A stretch of DNA of 64,000 bases from Eledone cirrhosa (taxonomy: Eukaryota). The first letter of the stretch is position 1. Each line of letters opens with the position of its first letter. The stretch is taken from assembly GCA_964016885.1 (NCBI GenBank), contig OZ024743.1, forward strand, positions 211,048,001 to 211,112,000. Direction: 5' to 3'. The notes beneath the pieces are model-generated. The model did not search any database and was not told where the DNA came from. It worked only from the letters and a program-made list of their open reading frames with translations. The position numbers and the translations under genes were made by a program. Below, piece after piece: positions 30,001-41,195 of the stretch.

Positions 30001-30317
30001 TAATTAGCAGTGGAGTCAGGGTTTCCAAGAATACAGTGAGCAGGGTAACTAGCAGTGGAGTCAGGGATTCCAAGAATACAGTGACCAGGGTAATTAGCAG
30101 TGGAGACAGGGATTCCAAGAATACAGTGACCAGGGTAATTAGCAGTGGAGACAGGGATTCCAAGAATACAGTGACCAGGGTAACTAGCAGTGGAGTCAGA
30201 GATTCCAAAAATACAGTGAGCAGGGTAATTAGCAGTGGAGACAGGAATTCCAAAAATACAGTCATCAGGATAATTAACAGTGGAGACAGCAATTCCAAAA
30301 ATACAGTGGCCAGGGTA
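1..30317. repeat. 45-bp tandem satellite array (about 674 copies; continues beyond the left edge)
   Basis: Consensus ATTAGCAGTGGAGTCAGGGATTCCAAGAATACAGTGACCAGGGTA repeats without interruption. Only three 1-bp deletions were seen (near 158, 3667 and 27913). The last two units at about 30230-30317 are degenerate. Confidence 0.99.
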
Positions 30318-30773
30318 AAAATGGGATAGATAGATTTGAAGAAGCAATTTCTTGTGTCGGCAACAAAGGGATTCGCTTTCTGAATGTCAAGCAAATTATA
30401 TTATGGTTATGTGTAAAGTTGCATGGTAGATAAATAGGAGCACTGAATGCAAGGTTGTGTGAAAATTAGAGTGCAGCTCAGAACCCCTTCCCCACCAAAG
30501 AGAGAGAGAGACTGGATATAAAATGAATAAATTGTAACATGCAAGTGAGAAGAAAACTGCACTGGCACATGCAAGTATGTGGGGGTAGGACCAAGTAATC
30601 TAAGTGAAGCGTTTAGAAAAGAAAAACATGGGGAAAAGGTGGTGAAAGCCGATTTCAAGAGATTGAAACCGATGAAGGAGACTAAAAAGGACCATAAGAA
30701 ATGGTGAAATGTTGTGTTAGAGAAGAAATGTCCAATGTAGACATATATGGAAAAGTAGACATTAAATGATGAC
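30273..30773 (+). pseudogene. Old, degraded RTE-clade LINE 3' portion fused to the satellite
   Basis: Translates INSGDSNSKNTVARVKMG*IDLKKQFLVSATKGFAF*MSSKLYYGYV, then LHGR*IGALNA and KVVKADFKRLK...KW*NVVLEK. This is colinear with the RTE ORFs in this window (ISSGGGCSESTVARVRTGWKKFRELIPLLATKGFSLKMKGRLYDACI...LHGSETWAL...EVVRTDLRSLK...EWRDAVLNK). It ends in TGGAAAAGTAGACATTAAATGATGA, like the 3' end and (ATG)n tail of the younger copies. Confidence 0.85.
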
Positions 30774-31194
30774 AAGGCCTCATAAGGAAGTAAATGAAGT
30801 TAGTACATAATCAACATTCAATGGTAACTTATACAGTATTCATAACTACTAAGAGCCGAAATAACACTGAATTCAAATGTGATGGGATTTTTCTCAAATG
30901 ACCTTCATATTACAGAGGATGTAAGTGTAATAGAAAAGGTCATCTGAGAATTTAAAGCAGATAAATGGAGATTAGTTTTGTTGTTTTTCTTCCTCATGGA
31001 AATAATATTATTGAGAATACAATTATAATGAGAAATTAATAAGATATACTGATTTTGTTTAAGGATAGGGGCCAAATCAAAATCTGAATTAGAGAACCTT
31101 TAAATTTCTTTTTTTAGTCATTTTTTTTTTGTACTCATAGCTTTCAGAGGCCCTATGAGACCTGTGGAATGTGTCAAGAGCATGACAACTTCTC

Positions 31195-31275
31195 GAGTGT
31201 TGGTGACACAATAAAATATATCCAGTAGAATATGTAAAAGAGGTGAGTGATAGGAAGGGCATCCAACTGTATAAT
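31195..31275 (+). repeat. Degraded RTE 3'-UTR-type fragment
   Basis: TAGGAAGGGCATCCAACTGTA matches the UTR motif GTTAGGAAGGGCATCCAGC seen at about 48907-48925 and, reversed, at about 44633-44652. Confidence 0.5.
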
Positions 31276-31489
31276 ACTTGCCAAAGGTTATAGAGGACTG
31301 TTCAGTTATGTCAAAGACATTTCTAGTGTTGATGCCACAATAAAATGTATGGTGCACTCTATAAAGTGTGTGTGTATATATATAAGCAAGATGCAGGTCC
31401 CTGGCTCATCTGAAAAATCAGTGGCTCTGATTAAGTACTCACATAGTCTGTGATGAGCCATCCAACCTTTGATAGTAGGGAATACAGAC

Positions 31490-31622
31490 CGATGATGATG
31501 TGTTGGTGGTGGTGATGATGATGGTGTTAGAGGTTGTCATGTTGATGATGGTGGTGATGATGATGGTATTGGTGGTGATGGTGATGATGATGGTGCTGGT
31601 GGTGATGGTGATGATGATGATT
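31490..31622. repeat. (GAT/GGT)n trinucleotide low-complexity tract
   Basis: Directly visible. Confidence 0.9.
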
Positions 31623-31647
31623 ATGCAATGATTTTTCTGTCCTTTAA

Positions 31648-31866
31648 CCCTTTAGTGTTTACATTACTCTATATATACTATTGTATTTTTGTGGTAAAGG
31701 CTTTACCTCATACTTATCTCACATAATTCGAAATCTATGAGATTTTGATATTATTTATTTTGAGAAAAATACCTTAACATCATAATGAGTGGTCAGTTAT
31801 GGCCAGTTTGAACAGAAAGAGGTAAGAAAATTCTGGCCAGATACGGCTGGTTTAAATGCTAAAGGG
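31648..31866. mobile_element. piggyBac-type MITE
   Basis: TTAA|CCCTTTAG ... CTAAAGGG|TTAA: terminal inverted repeats with a TTAA target-site duplication. A partial second right end lies at about 32067-32097. Confidence 0.7.
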
Positions 31867-32880
31867 TTAAGAGATAACACTATGAAAAAATTGAAATATA
31901 ATTTTAAGCTCACTATGAAAAGTAAAGAAAGTTCTGTGAGCAGAAATAAATGGAACTGATGTAACCTATCTTGATGATGTTATTGTTTACTTTAAGAACA
32001 ACATTTTAATGTCGATGTCAGCTGCCAGTTACAGCCAGTTTGAAAAATGGGGGAAAATTCCTACTGGATACAGCCAGTTTAAATGCTAAAGGGCTAAAAT
32101 CTTCTGAAAGAAAAAGGAAAAATATAGGTGTAATTGGTGGTCAGTGGCTCTTTAGTGTAGTAATTAACACACACAGCCAGCATCCAAGAGATGCGGGGCT
32201 TTTATATCCACACAGCCACTTCTGTTCACGTTCATCCATCTCAACTATTATTTATACTGATTAACTATTGTTATAGTCATTTACACAGGGACAAACACAT
32301 TTCAAATGGAAATGAATATTTCACTGTAATAGGCATATAAAAATGGAAGACTTCAAATTAAAACTTCTTCAAGGCAATGAAACAGAAAAGAAAAATAATT
32401 AAATTCTATAAGAACATAAAGCTTTCTCAGTTATTATTTTTGAAGGGATTGTAAAAAATAAAGATTTTTATAACATAAATATTACATCTAAAAATAAAGG
32501 AGTCAATTTTAATTAAAATTCTGTAAAAGTTATTGTTGGATGCTAAAAATGCCCAATTGCAGACTTGTCAGTTAAAGATATAAATTGAAACAAATTAATC
32601 CTGGCTTTCCTTTAAGACATGAGATTGCAGTGGGAATCTCAATCTTTAAAGAAAATAGAAAAAATTCATTTTACAAGGATTCCCTATATAATGAAAAAAA
32701 AATTCTAAAATATTCTAGGCTTACGCATTTCATTCCAGTTCCTGGTTATATTTATAGAAATTACCAACTTAAAACAAAATATCTTAATTGATTGTTACTA
32801 ATTCAGAAAAGAATTTTGAGGAAATGCATTTCAGACTTTTACACCCAACACAGTTTTCTTTAGCTAGTCATCAATGGAAA

Positions 32881-34006
32881 CATCATCATCATCATCATCA
32901 TCATCATTTTACGTCCGCTTTTCCCTGCTTGCAAGGGTGGGACGGGTCTTATTTAACACAGCATCTCTCCACTTGTCACCGTCCTTCGTCATCTCCACCG
33001 TGAGCTTCAGTGATCTGAGGTCTGTTCTCACCACCTCTGCTCATGTTTTTCGTGGTCTACCTCTACCACGTCTTCCTTCAACTGGTATTTCCTGGCACTT
33101 CTTCATTGGTCATCCTCCATGCGCATCACATGTCCATACTACCTCAGTCTCCTCTCTCGCACACTACATTCTATCCCTCTCAGACACAGTTTCTCTCTCA
33201 ACACATTCATGCTGGGTCGTTCACGCACATTGACATTGCACATCCAACGGAGCATGCTTGCCTCATTTCTCTCCAGCCGTCGCATATCCTCTGCAGTTGC
33301 TGCCCATGTACTACCATGCAGCATCGTACTCCTCACACAGGCATCAAATAATCGGCCTTTCGTACACTGGGAGAAACCCTTCTTCATCAGCAGAGGAAGC
33401 AGCTCCCTAAACTTCTTCCAACCCGTCCTTATTCTGGATACTATGGCCTCGGAACACCCTCCTCCCATGCTAATCTGATCTCCTAGGTACCGGAAGCTAT
33501 CCACCACTACTATAGCACCCGCCTGCATTTGAAAAATGTGTCTATCAATGCGACTTCTACTAATTTCCCTGTACATCTACTGCATACGTATTTCTCCCTA
33601 CCTGTTAGTTTGCCTGCTATCCCGCTAGATCTCTTGTGTACCCAGGATCTGCATTGTGTGCATTTTATAAAATTTATGCCAGTTCCTTTTCTGCATATTG
33701 AACATGGCCATTTCCCTGATGGAATTTGAGTTTTGTCCTCTTTTCTACTTATCAACACTTTTGTCTTAGCTAGGTTCACTCTCATTCCTCTTGATTCCAA
33801 CTGCTGTTTCCATAGCCAGAATTTATTCTCTAGCTCCTTTACTGATTCTGCTATAAGAAGCAGATCGTCAGCATAGAGATGTTCCCATGGACAGCCAGTC
33901 TTAAACTCCTCTGTTATGGCTTGGAGGACTATAATGAACAAGAGCGGGCTGAGGACCGAACCTTGATGTACTCCTACTTGTATCTGGAATTCCTCACTAA
34001 ACTCCA
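32881..34006 (-). mobile_element. 5'-truncated RTE LINE, family A (RT C-terminal half, 3' end, (ATG)n tail)
   Basis: ORF pieces GVHQGSVLSPLLF...YADDL, CxxC motifs, LHGS...ERRLR; (CAT)n at 32881-32906; frameshifts and stops. Confidence 0.95.
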
Positions 34007-34105
34007 TACATATATATATATATATATATATATAACATACATATATGTACATAACATACATATATGTACATAACATACATATATGTACATAACATACATA
34101 TATAT

Positions 34106-35062
34106 ACTAGACATGAAAAATGCGCAAGCTCAAAAGTGCCACAGAATGTTATAATAAACCTTCAAAAGTGTGGGACTAGAGTTGTTGCTAAAAAATATTG
34201 TAATCATTATATATCGTACATTCTGTGGCATCCTTTATAAAAATAGCTTAAACCAACGAAGCCTTTATTTTTACGCTATTTCACTTAGTTAATTCTTAGA
34301 GTGTAACATATAAAAATATGATTTACAACTATAAAATAAATTAATTAATATAATAACAGAGCTGCGGAGCTGAAATTTAGGAAATAATGGAGTATCGGAT
34401 CCTGAGTTGGAGCCAGTCAATTTTTGACCGACTCCGCAGCCCTGTATAATACATTTCATATTAAAGTTATTAATAAACCTATTTTACACTTCATGCAAAT
34501 TACCACGAGATATTGATATTAGATATAAGATACAGCGCAATATCTACAGCTGTAAAAGTACGAAAGCGAAGTAATAATAAGTGGCTTAAGGTAATTCCAA
34601 TATGAAAGTTTGTAGTGATAAAAATTTGATAATGCAATACGATTGTTAATATTATAGTTCTATGAAAATGTAACAATAGATAACTAAATTATTTTACTAT
34701 TAGTATATTTAAGAAATTATCATTATAGATTTGATCGTTCATATAAGCATCATATTAAGTTTCAACACAATTATTTTGTTACTATGAGTATATGATAATA
34801 ATATTACGTAATTATTTATAGCTGTTATTACATTAAACATAGATGTATTTATTTTTATATGTTACACTCTAAGAATTAACTAAGTGAAATAGCGTAAAAA
34901 TAAAGGCTTCGTTGGTTTAAGCTATTTTTATAAAGGATGCCACAGAATGTACGATATATAATGATTACAATATTTTTTAGCAACAACTCTAGTCCCACAC
35001 TTTTGAAGGTTTATTATAACATTCTGTGGCACTTTTGAGCTTGCGCATTTTTCATGTCTAGT
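34106..35062. mobile_element. Foldback structure with 213-bp perfect inverted repeats
   Basis: 34106-34318 is the reverse complement of 34850-35062; the AT-rich spacer is 531 bp; the ends read ACTAG...CTAGT. Confidence 0.85.
34357..34444. mobile_element. 88-bp hAT-type MITE nested in the foldback spacer
   Basis: TIRs CAGAGCTGCGGAG / CTCCGCAGCCCTG; 8-bp near-identical flanks TATAATAA / TATAATAC. Confidence 0.65.
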
Positions 35063-35619
35063 TTAATATTTTTTTAAGGCAACGCTTGTAATAACTCTAG
35101 TTAAACAGGATATATATTAATAATAAATTATCGTTGTAATGTAATTAGATTATGTAATTGTTATTATAAATTATCTTATAAATATTAGTGTAAGATGTAT
35201 AAAAATATTTTCAGACTTTTAATATAAACAACTACAAAAAACAATCAATATTAAATCAATATATTATACATAATAGAAAACATAAAATATACAATACAAA
35301 AACAAAATATTTACATACAATTGCAATTATCAGTGTATATACATTTTCTTTATATTCCCTGAGCAAATTAATAAGATTTGTTTTTATTGTACATAATTTG
35401 ATGACTTGTTGGAGTGTATTAAAAGATAGCAACAATTTGTGATTAAATTGTTATCTTAAGCAACTCACTTTTTAATAGTTGTTGGCTGAGCGAAATTGTA
35501 AAAGCCTATGAGCAAATATAAAAAAAAATACACAAACAACATTTCCTTGTGTTATTACAACATTAGATAAAATAATTGAGCAATGTCGTTATATTTTGCT
35601 CTTATTGCACATTAATAGT

Positions 35620-35785
35620 GTTTCTATTTTTCGGCACAAATCCATTACGGCAGTCCATTACTGGTACTTTATTTTATCGAATTAGTAAGTATGAAAGTCG
35701 AAGTTAACCTCGGCAGGATTTGAACTTAGAATGCAAAGGACCATAACAATACTGCAAAGCATGGTGTCTGACGCTCTACCAATAC
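35620..35785 (-). mobile_element. Diverged tRNA-derived SINE (same family as 36488-36673)
   Basis: Shares ACTGGTACTTTTATTTTATCGA and AAGTTAACCTCGGC-GGATTTGAACT with the intact copy. Confidence 0.8.
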
Positions 35786-36179
35786 TTGTGTTGAGCTGGT
35801 CATTAATTTATGGTGGTCGTGCGTGGAGTAGAGCAATCGCTAGTTGAAATATTATGAACAAAACATTTTTATTTGCCGAAGAACATATTTTCAATACTGT
35901 TTGTGAATGTGACGAAGGAAATACATTCTGATATGGAACAGTGTACAAAGTGTGTCTGTGAATAACATAATGTTACCTCATGTTGTTGTCAAGACATAAT
36001 GGATTTCGTTTATCCAGTTAGAAGATGAAACCTAGCCATCTCGGATTAGTTATATTTCATGCCATGTGTAAACGTGTTTGAGGATAGCAAAATATGCGCG
36101 TTAATTATAATAATTAGTTAATAATATTACAAAATATACCTAATTAAACTCTTTGCTTGAAATTTTATCATTCTTCGTT

Positions 36180-36259
<80 letters not shown>
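36180..36259. repeat. (TA)n(GA)n microsatellite
   Basis: Directly visible. Confidence 0.95.
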
Positions 36260-36263
<4 letters not shown>

Positions 36264-36487
36264 TCTAGTCCTTCGCTCAAGATTAATCTATAAGTTTAGA
36301 TGTTTGCCTTCGTTTAAGTAAATATTACAGTAAGATTTTTAATATAAACAACTGCAAAAAACAATTAATATTAAAACGAAAAAATTATCAATGATAAAAG
36401 AAGCGGATGCAACTTTTTTTTTTATAAAGTTATATTCCTGTTTCTTTAAAGAACATTTCATTTTTGTTCTATTGTAGGCGAAATAAT

Positions 36488-36673
36488 TGTTTCTACTTTA
36501 GGCACAAGGCCAGCAAATTACCCAGTACATTACTGGTACTTTATTTTATCGACCCCGTAAGGATGAAAGGCAAAGTTAACCTCGGCGGGATTTGAACTCA
36601 GACTGTAAAGGGACGTAACTATGCTAGAAAGCATGGCGTCCAACCCTCTACCGATACTGCCAATTCACCGCCC
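36488..36673 (-). mobile_element. tRNA-derived SINE with target-site duplication
   Basis: Minus strand carries Pol III box A (TGGCAGTATCGG) and box B (GAGTTCAAATCC). 15-bp TSD TGTAGGCGAAATAAT at 36473-36487 and 36674-36688. A further fragment lies at about 36825-36870. Confidence 0.9.
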
Positions 36674-37805
36674 TGTAGGCGAAATAATGCAATGGTTTAA
36701 TAGGGAAGATATAACTTACGAATTATGTCTCTAACCGTGTAACGCTTTTTAAGTAGATAACTACAATTGAAAATACTAAAGAAATGGAACCAACAATTCA
36801 ATTTGAAAGTCGTCTAGTGACAGTGTATTACTGGTACTTTATTTTATCGACCCCGTAACGATGAAAGGCAAAAATGCAAATGCTTAAAATTTAAATTGCC
36901 TTAATTCTATCGTCTGCTGTTTCATTAAAGGGAGATTATCGTCTGTATTTAATTCTATCGTCTACTGTTCCACTAAACAGATATACCTCCACTATCGTCT
37001 CTATTTATACATTTTAACTTATAACTTATACACATTTGATTTGAAATATTTTATCTAGTCCCCCCTCTCAATATTATGATGATTTCTTTCGAATGAAACA
37101 GTTCTAGTCCTGTAGAAGCCATTTATATATATAATTGAACTGAGTTAAAAATTCACAATATTTATAATTAAATAAGCTCATATATATATGTGTGTATTTA
37201 TCTGTTTATTGTATTATATATAATGTGTGTATATACAGGATGTCCCCCAAAAATATATACACACTTCAACAGCATTCTAATAACTATTGCCTGTACAGGT
37301 AATCAAAGTGTCAATCGAATGTTAGTTTCGTGTTTTAACAGTACAAATTTACAATACACACATAAAACCAGTGTATATACATACATGAGTGTGTATACAC
37401 ATACATGAATGTGTATATACAATATATATGTATATATATATATAGACACATGTATTCACGGTGCAACGGTACATTAAAATATAGATGCGGGAGAGGGGGT
37501 GTATATATAGGGGCGCTGGGGATAAAGGAGTGTAAAGCGTGTGTAATTGATATATTGAAGGAGAGGAACGTGCAGCGATAGAGTAACAAATATATAGAGA
37601 GGGGGAGAGATGGTATTGAAGGGGAGGAGTGCAAAGCGAAAGAGTAAGAGATATAAATAGAGACGGAACAGATAGAGAGAAACAGGCGTAAGTAACAGTG
37701 GAAGAGATATAGAGAGAGGTACTCTGATTGGTTGAAAATTAGCCAATCACATACGATCACCACCACGGCTATCCCCGAAAAATTTTTAAAGAAGCTAGGC
37801 ATATA

Positions 37806-37859
37806 TGTTAGAACACGAAAAGTGAACATTCTGTGTTTCACACTTTTCGTGTTCTAACA
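37806..37859. other. 19-bp perfect hairpin ending an unclassified ~0.4-kb element (about 37445-37860)
   Basis: TGTTAGAACACGAAAAGTG-(16 nt)-CACTTTTCGTGTTCTAACA directly abutting the microsatellite. Confidence 0.7.
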
Positions 37860-38023
37860 GATATAACATACATATATGTACATAACATACATATATATAT
37901 ATATAACATACATATATGTATATAACTTACATATATGTATATAACTTACATATATATAACATACATATATGTATATAATATACATATATGTATTAACATA
38001 CATATATGTATATAACAAACATA

Positions 38024-39897
38024 TCATCATCATCGTCACCATCTTCATTTAACGTCCATTTTCCACGCTAGCATGGGTTAGACGGGAGTTGTCCCACTTG
38101 AGGCAAGGCTGGTCGGGTGACCGTGTCTCGCTCATATAGGACTATCTGGCAGGTTTTCTACGGCTGGATGCCCTTCCTAACACCAACCACATTTACAGTG
38201 TGGAACTGGGAACATTTTACCGTGTTACCTACACGGCCACATTACAGCGTGGACTGTGTGTGTTTTTGTCGTGACACCTACACGAACTCGATCTCATTTT
38301 CTCGTGCTGTTGGTGGGAGTGGGAGGATAGGGTAGGGGTAGTAGATTGGGGTGTATATTTGGTTAAGAGGTGCCTACTGACTGTAGGTTTCGCTTTGTAC
38401 ATAGGCAAGGCGGCTCTTCTGTATTACTGCATAGTACCAGAGATCTCGGTCCAGAGACATTGTCTTAGAGAGGTGTAAGTGTGTGAGGTCTGAATTTATC
38501 AGATCGTCCCAGGTTTTTCTGGGTCTACCTACTCTGTAACTACCATCAATTTAGATCGCCCTGCACTTTTTTATGCAGCTGTCGTCTTTCATGCGCATCA
38601 CGTGACCATACCAACGTAGTCTTCTCTCAAGTAAACAACATCTGATCCCTCTTATTCCTAATTTCTCACTTAGTTCATTTATGCTTTGCCGTTCACGTAT
38701 ATTACTATTACATATCCAACGGAGCATGCATGCTTCATTCCTTTCCAGTCTACGCAGGTCCTCTGCACGTAATGCCCATGTCTCACTGCCATGTAGCATT
38801 GCTGTTCGTATACAGGCATCATACAATCTGCCTTTCATTTTTAGAGAGAAACCTTTTGTGGCCAATAGCGGTATAAGCTCTCTGAACTTTTTCCATCCCG
38901 TTCTGACTCTGGCTACTGTACTTTCAGAACACCCTCCACCACTGCTGATTTCATCACCCAGGTAGCGGAAAGTGTCTACTATTTCTATAGAACCATCTGG
39001 GCAATGGAAGGAGCTAGTATCCTTTGTACACTTGCTATTTATTGCACCTGAGCATTGGTCACATATAAAGTCTACGTTCTTAGATAGTTTACCTGTGATC
39101 CCACTAAATCTTTTATGCACCCATACTTTGCATTTGGGACATAAAATGGAATTGCTGCCTACTCCTTTCCTACACACTGAGCATGGCCATTTCCCTGAGG
39201 GCACCTGTGCCATATTTTCCTTTTTACAAACTAGAACTTTAGTCTTAGACGAGTTAACTTTAAGGCCTTTTTATTCTAGGCCATGCTTCCATGTTTCAAA
39301 TTTCTTCTCTAGTTCAGCCATTGATTCAGCTATGAGCATTAGATCATCTGCATATAGAAGTTCCCATGGGCAGCCGGTCTTGAACTCCTCTGTTATAGCC
39401 TCAAGGGCAATAATAAATAAGAGGAGGCTAAGGACAGAGCCTTGATGAACGCCAATTTTTATACTAAATTCTTCACAATATTCATTGTTAATTCTAACCT
39501 TACTGACTGTTTAAAGATGGCTAGTATAGCTCTCACAAGCCATTCATCTACACCTAGTTTTCTAAGAGCCCACCAGATAATGGAGCGGGGGACTCTGTCA
39601 AAAGCTTTCTCCAGGTCTACAAAAGCTAAGTAGAGGGGTTTACTTTTAGCTAGGTACTTCTCTTGTAGTTGTCATACAAGGAAAAGAGCGTCTGTCGTAC
39701 TTTTACCTGACACAAACCCAAACTGCATTTCATCTAGATCAATTCGCTCTCTGATTAGTTGCACTATAACTCTTTCTGTGACCTGGTCAACTAACTTAAT
39801 GCCTCTATAGTTTCCCCTATCTAGAGCATCCCCTTTACCATTGTAGCAGTTAATGATGATACTGCTACGCCAGTCTTTCGGTATGACCCCCATTCTA
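38024..39897 (-). mobile_element. 5'-truncated, frameshifted RTE LINE, family B
   Basis: RT pieces NYRGIKL...MQFGF...STTDALF, YADD region, PSGKWPCSVC...RRLRWYGHV (ORF 38551-39213); long 3' UTR; (CAT)n-like tail. Confidence 0.95.
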
Positions 39898-40001
39898 TAT
39901 ATATATATAACATACATAAATATATATAACAACATACATATATATATATAACATACATATATATATAACATATAATATATATATGTACATAACATATATA
40001 A

Positions 40002-40938
40002 CATCATCATCATCATCATCACCGTTTTACACCCGTTCTTCCACGCTAGCATGGGTTAGACGGGTTGTTCTGTTGTGGGCAGTGTCCAGTCAGCTGACCT
40101 TGTCTTCCTCATACTGGAACTGATTCTGGCATGATTTCTACACCTGGATGCTCTTCCTAACACCAACCACATTTACTGTGAGTGTTAGGTGCCTTTTTTC
40201 TGTGACACCTGCACGTCCACTTTACAGTGTGGGCTGATTGCTTTTTTGCCGTGGCATCTCCATGACTATTTTTCAGTAGGGGGGCATATTGTCTATATGC
40301 TTCAGCTTCGGCTTATACCCGTGGGAAGTCAGGTCTTCTGTATTACTGCATGATGCCAGAGGTCACGGTCGTGTGTCATCGCCTTTGAGAGGGCAATTGG
40401 GTAAGGTCAGCTTTTATCACCTTGTCCGAGGTCTTCCTGGGTCTCCCCACTCCACGGCTTCCATCGACTTTTAGTGCTCTGCACCTTTTTATGCAACTGT
40501 CATCCTTCATACGCATCACATGTCCATACCAACGCAACCGCCTCTCCTGCACACAGCATTTGATTCCTCTTATGCTCAGTCTCTCAATTCCTTTATACTT
40601 TGCCTTTCACGTATATTACTATTACACATCCATCGGAGCATGCAGGCTTCATTTCTTTCTAATCTACGTAAGTCTTCCACCTTCAGCACCCAGGTCTCAC
40701 TACCATGCAACATCGCTGTTCGGATACACGCATCATACAGTCTGCCTTTAATTTTGAGGGAAAAGCCTTTTGCAGCTAGCAGTGGCAGTAACTCCCTGAA
40801 CTTCTTCCACCCCGTTCTTACCCTGGTTATTGTACTTTCCGAACACCCACCTCCACTGTTAATTCGGTTACCTAGGTAGCAGAAGCTGTCTACTGTTTCT
40901 ACAGAGCCCTCCCAGAGTTTGGTGGTGCTTGTTTCCTG
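40002..40938 (-). mobile_element. 5'-truncated RTE LINE, family C
   Basis: FCYLGNRINSGGGCSESTITRVRTGWKKFRELL...; highly similar to 44502-45430; (CAT)n tail at 40002. Confidence 0.95.
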
Positions 40939-41195
40939 TATATATAATATACATATATGTATATATAACATACATATATGTATATATAACATACATATAT
41001 ATATATATAACATACATATATATATATATATAACATACATATATATATATATATCATACATATATATATATATATATCATACATATATATATATATATAT
41101 ATCATACATATATATATATATATATCATACATATATATATCATACATATATATATATAACATACATATATATATAAAACATACATATATATATAT

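Noticed and set aside
1-30317. CRISPR array or variant-encoded cassette system
   Set aside because: There are no unique spacers and no cas genes, the context is eukaryotic, and variation consists of point substitutions inherited in duplicated blocks.
139-30394. Giant ORFs (up to 8899 aa) on both strands as real repetitive proteins
   Set aside because: A 45-bp unit that is stop-free in three frames produces them automatically, and only two single-base changes could create a stop in the plus frame. My rough tally of variant types (about 13 synonymous to about 29 non-synonymous) looks neutral. Frameshifts are tolerated and duplicated, and the plus frame leads into a stop-riddled LINE relic.
31141-31248. 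Apparent exon (polypyrimidine tract-AG ... AG/GTGAGT)
   Set aside because: It overlaps a degraded RTE 3'-UTR-type repeat and no partner exons were found; treated as a chance splice-like signal.
37232-37320. Possible Tc1/mariner end (TACAGGATGTCCCCC)
   Set aside because: No matching second TIR or transposase remnant was found; too weak to call.
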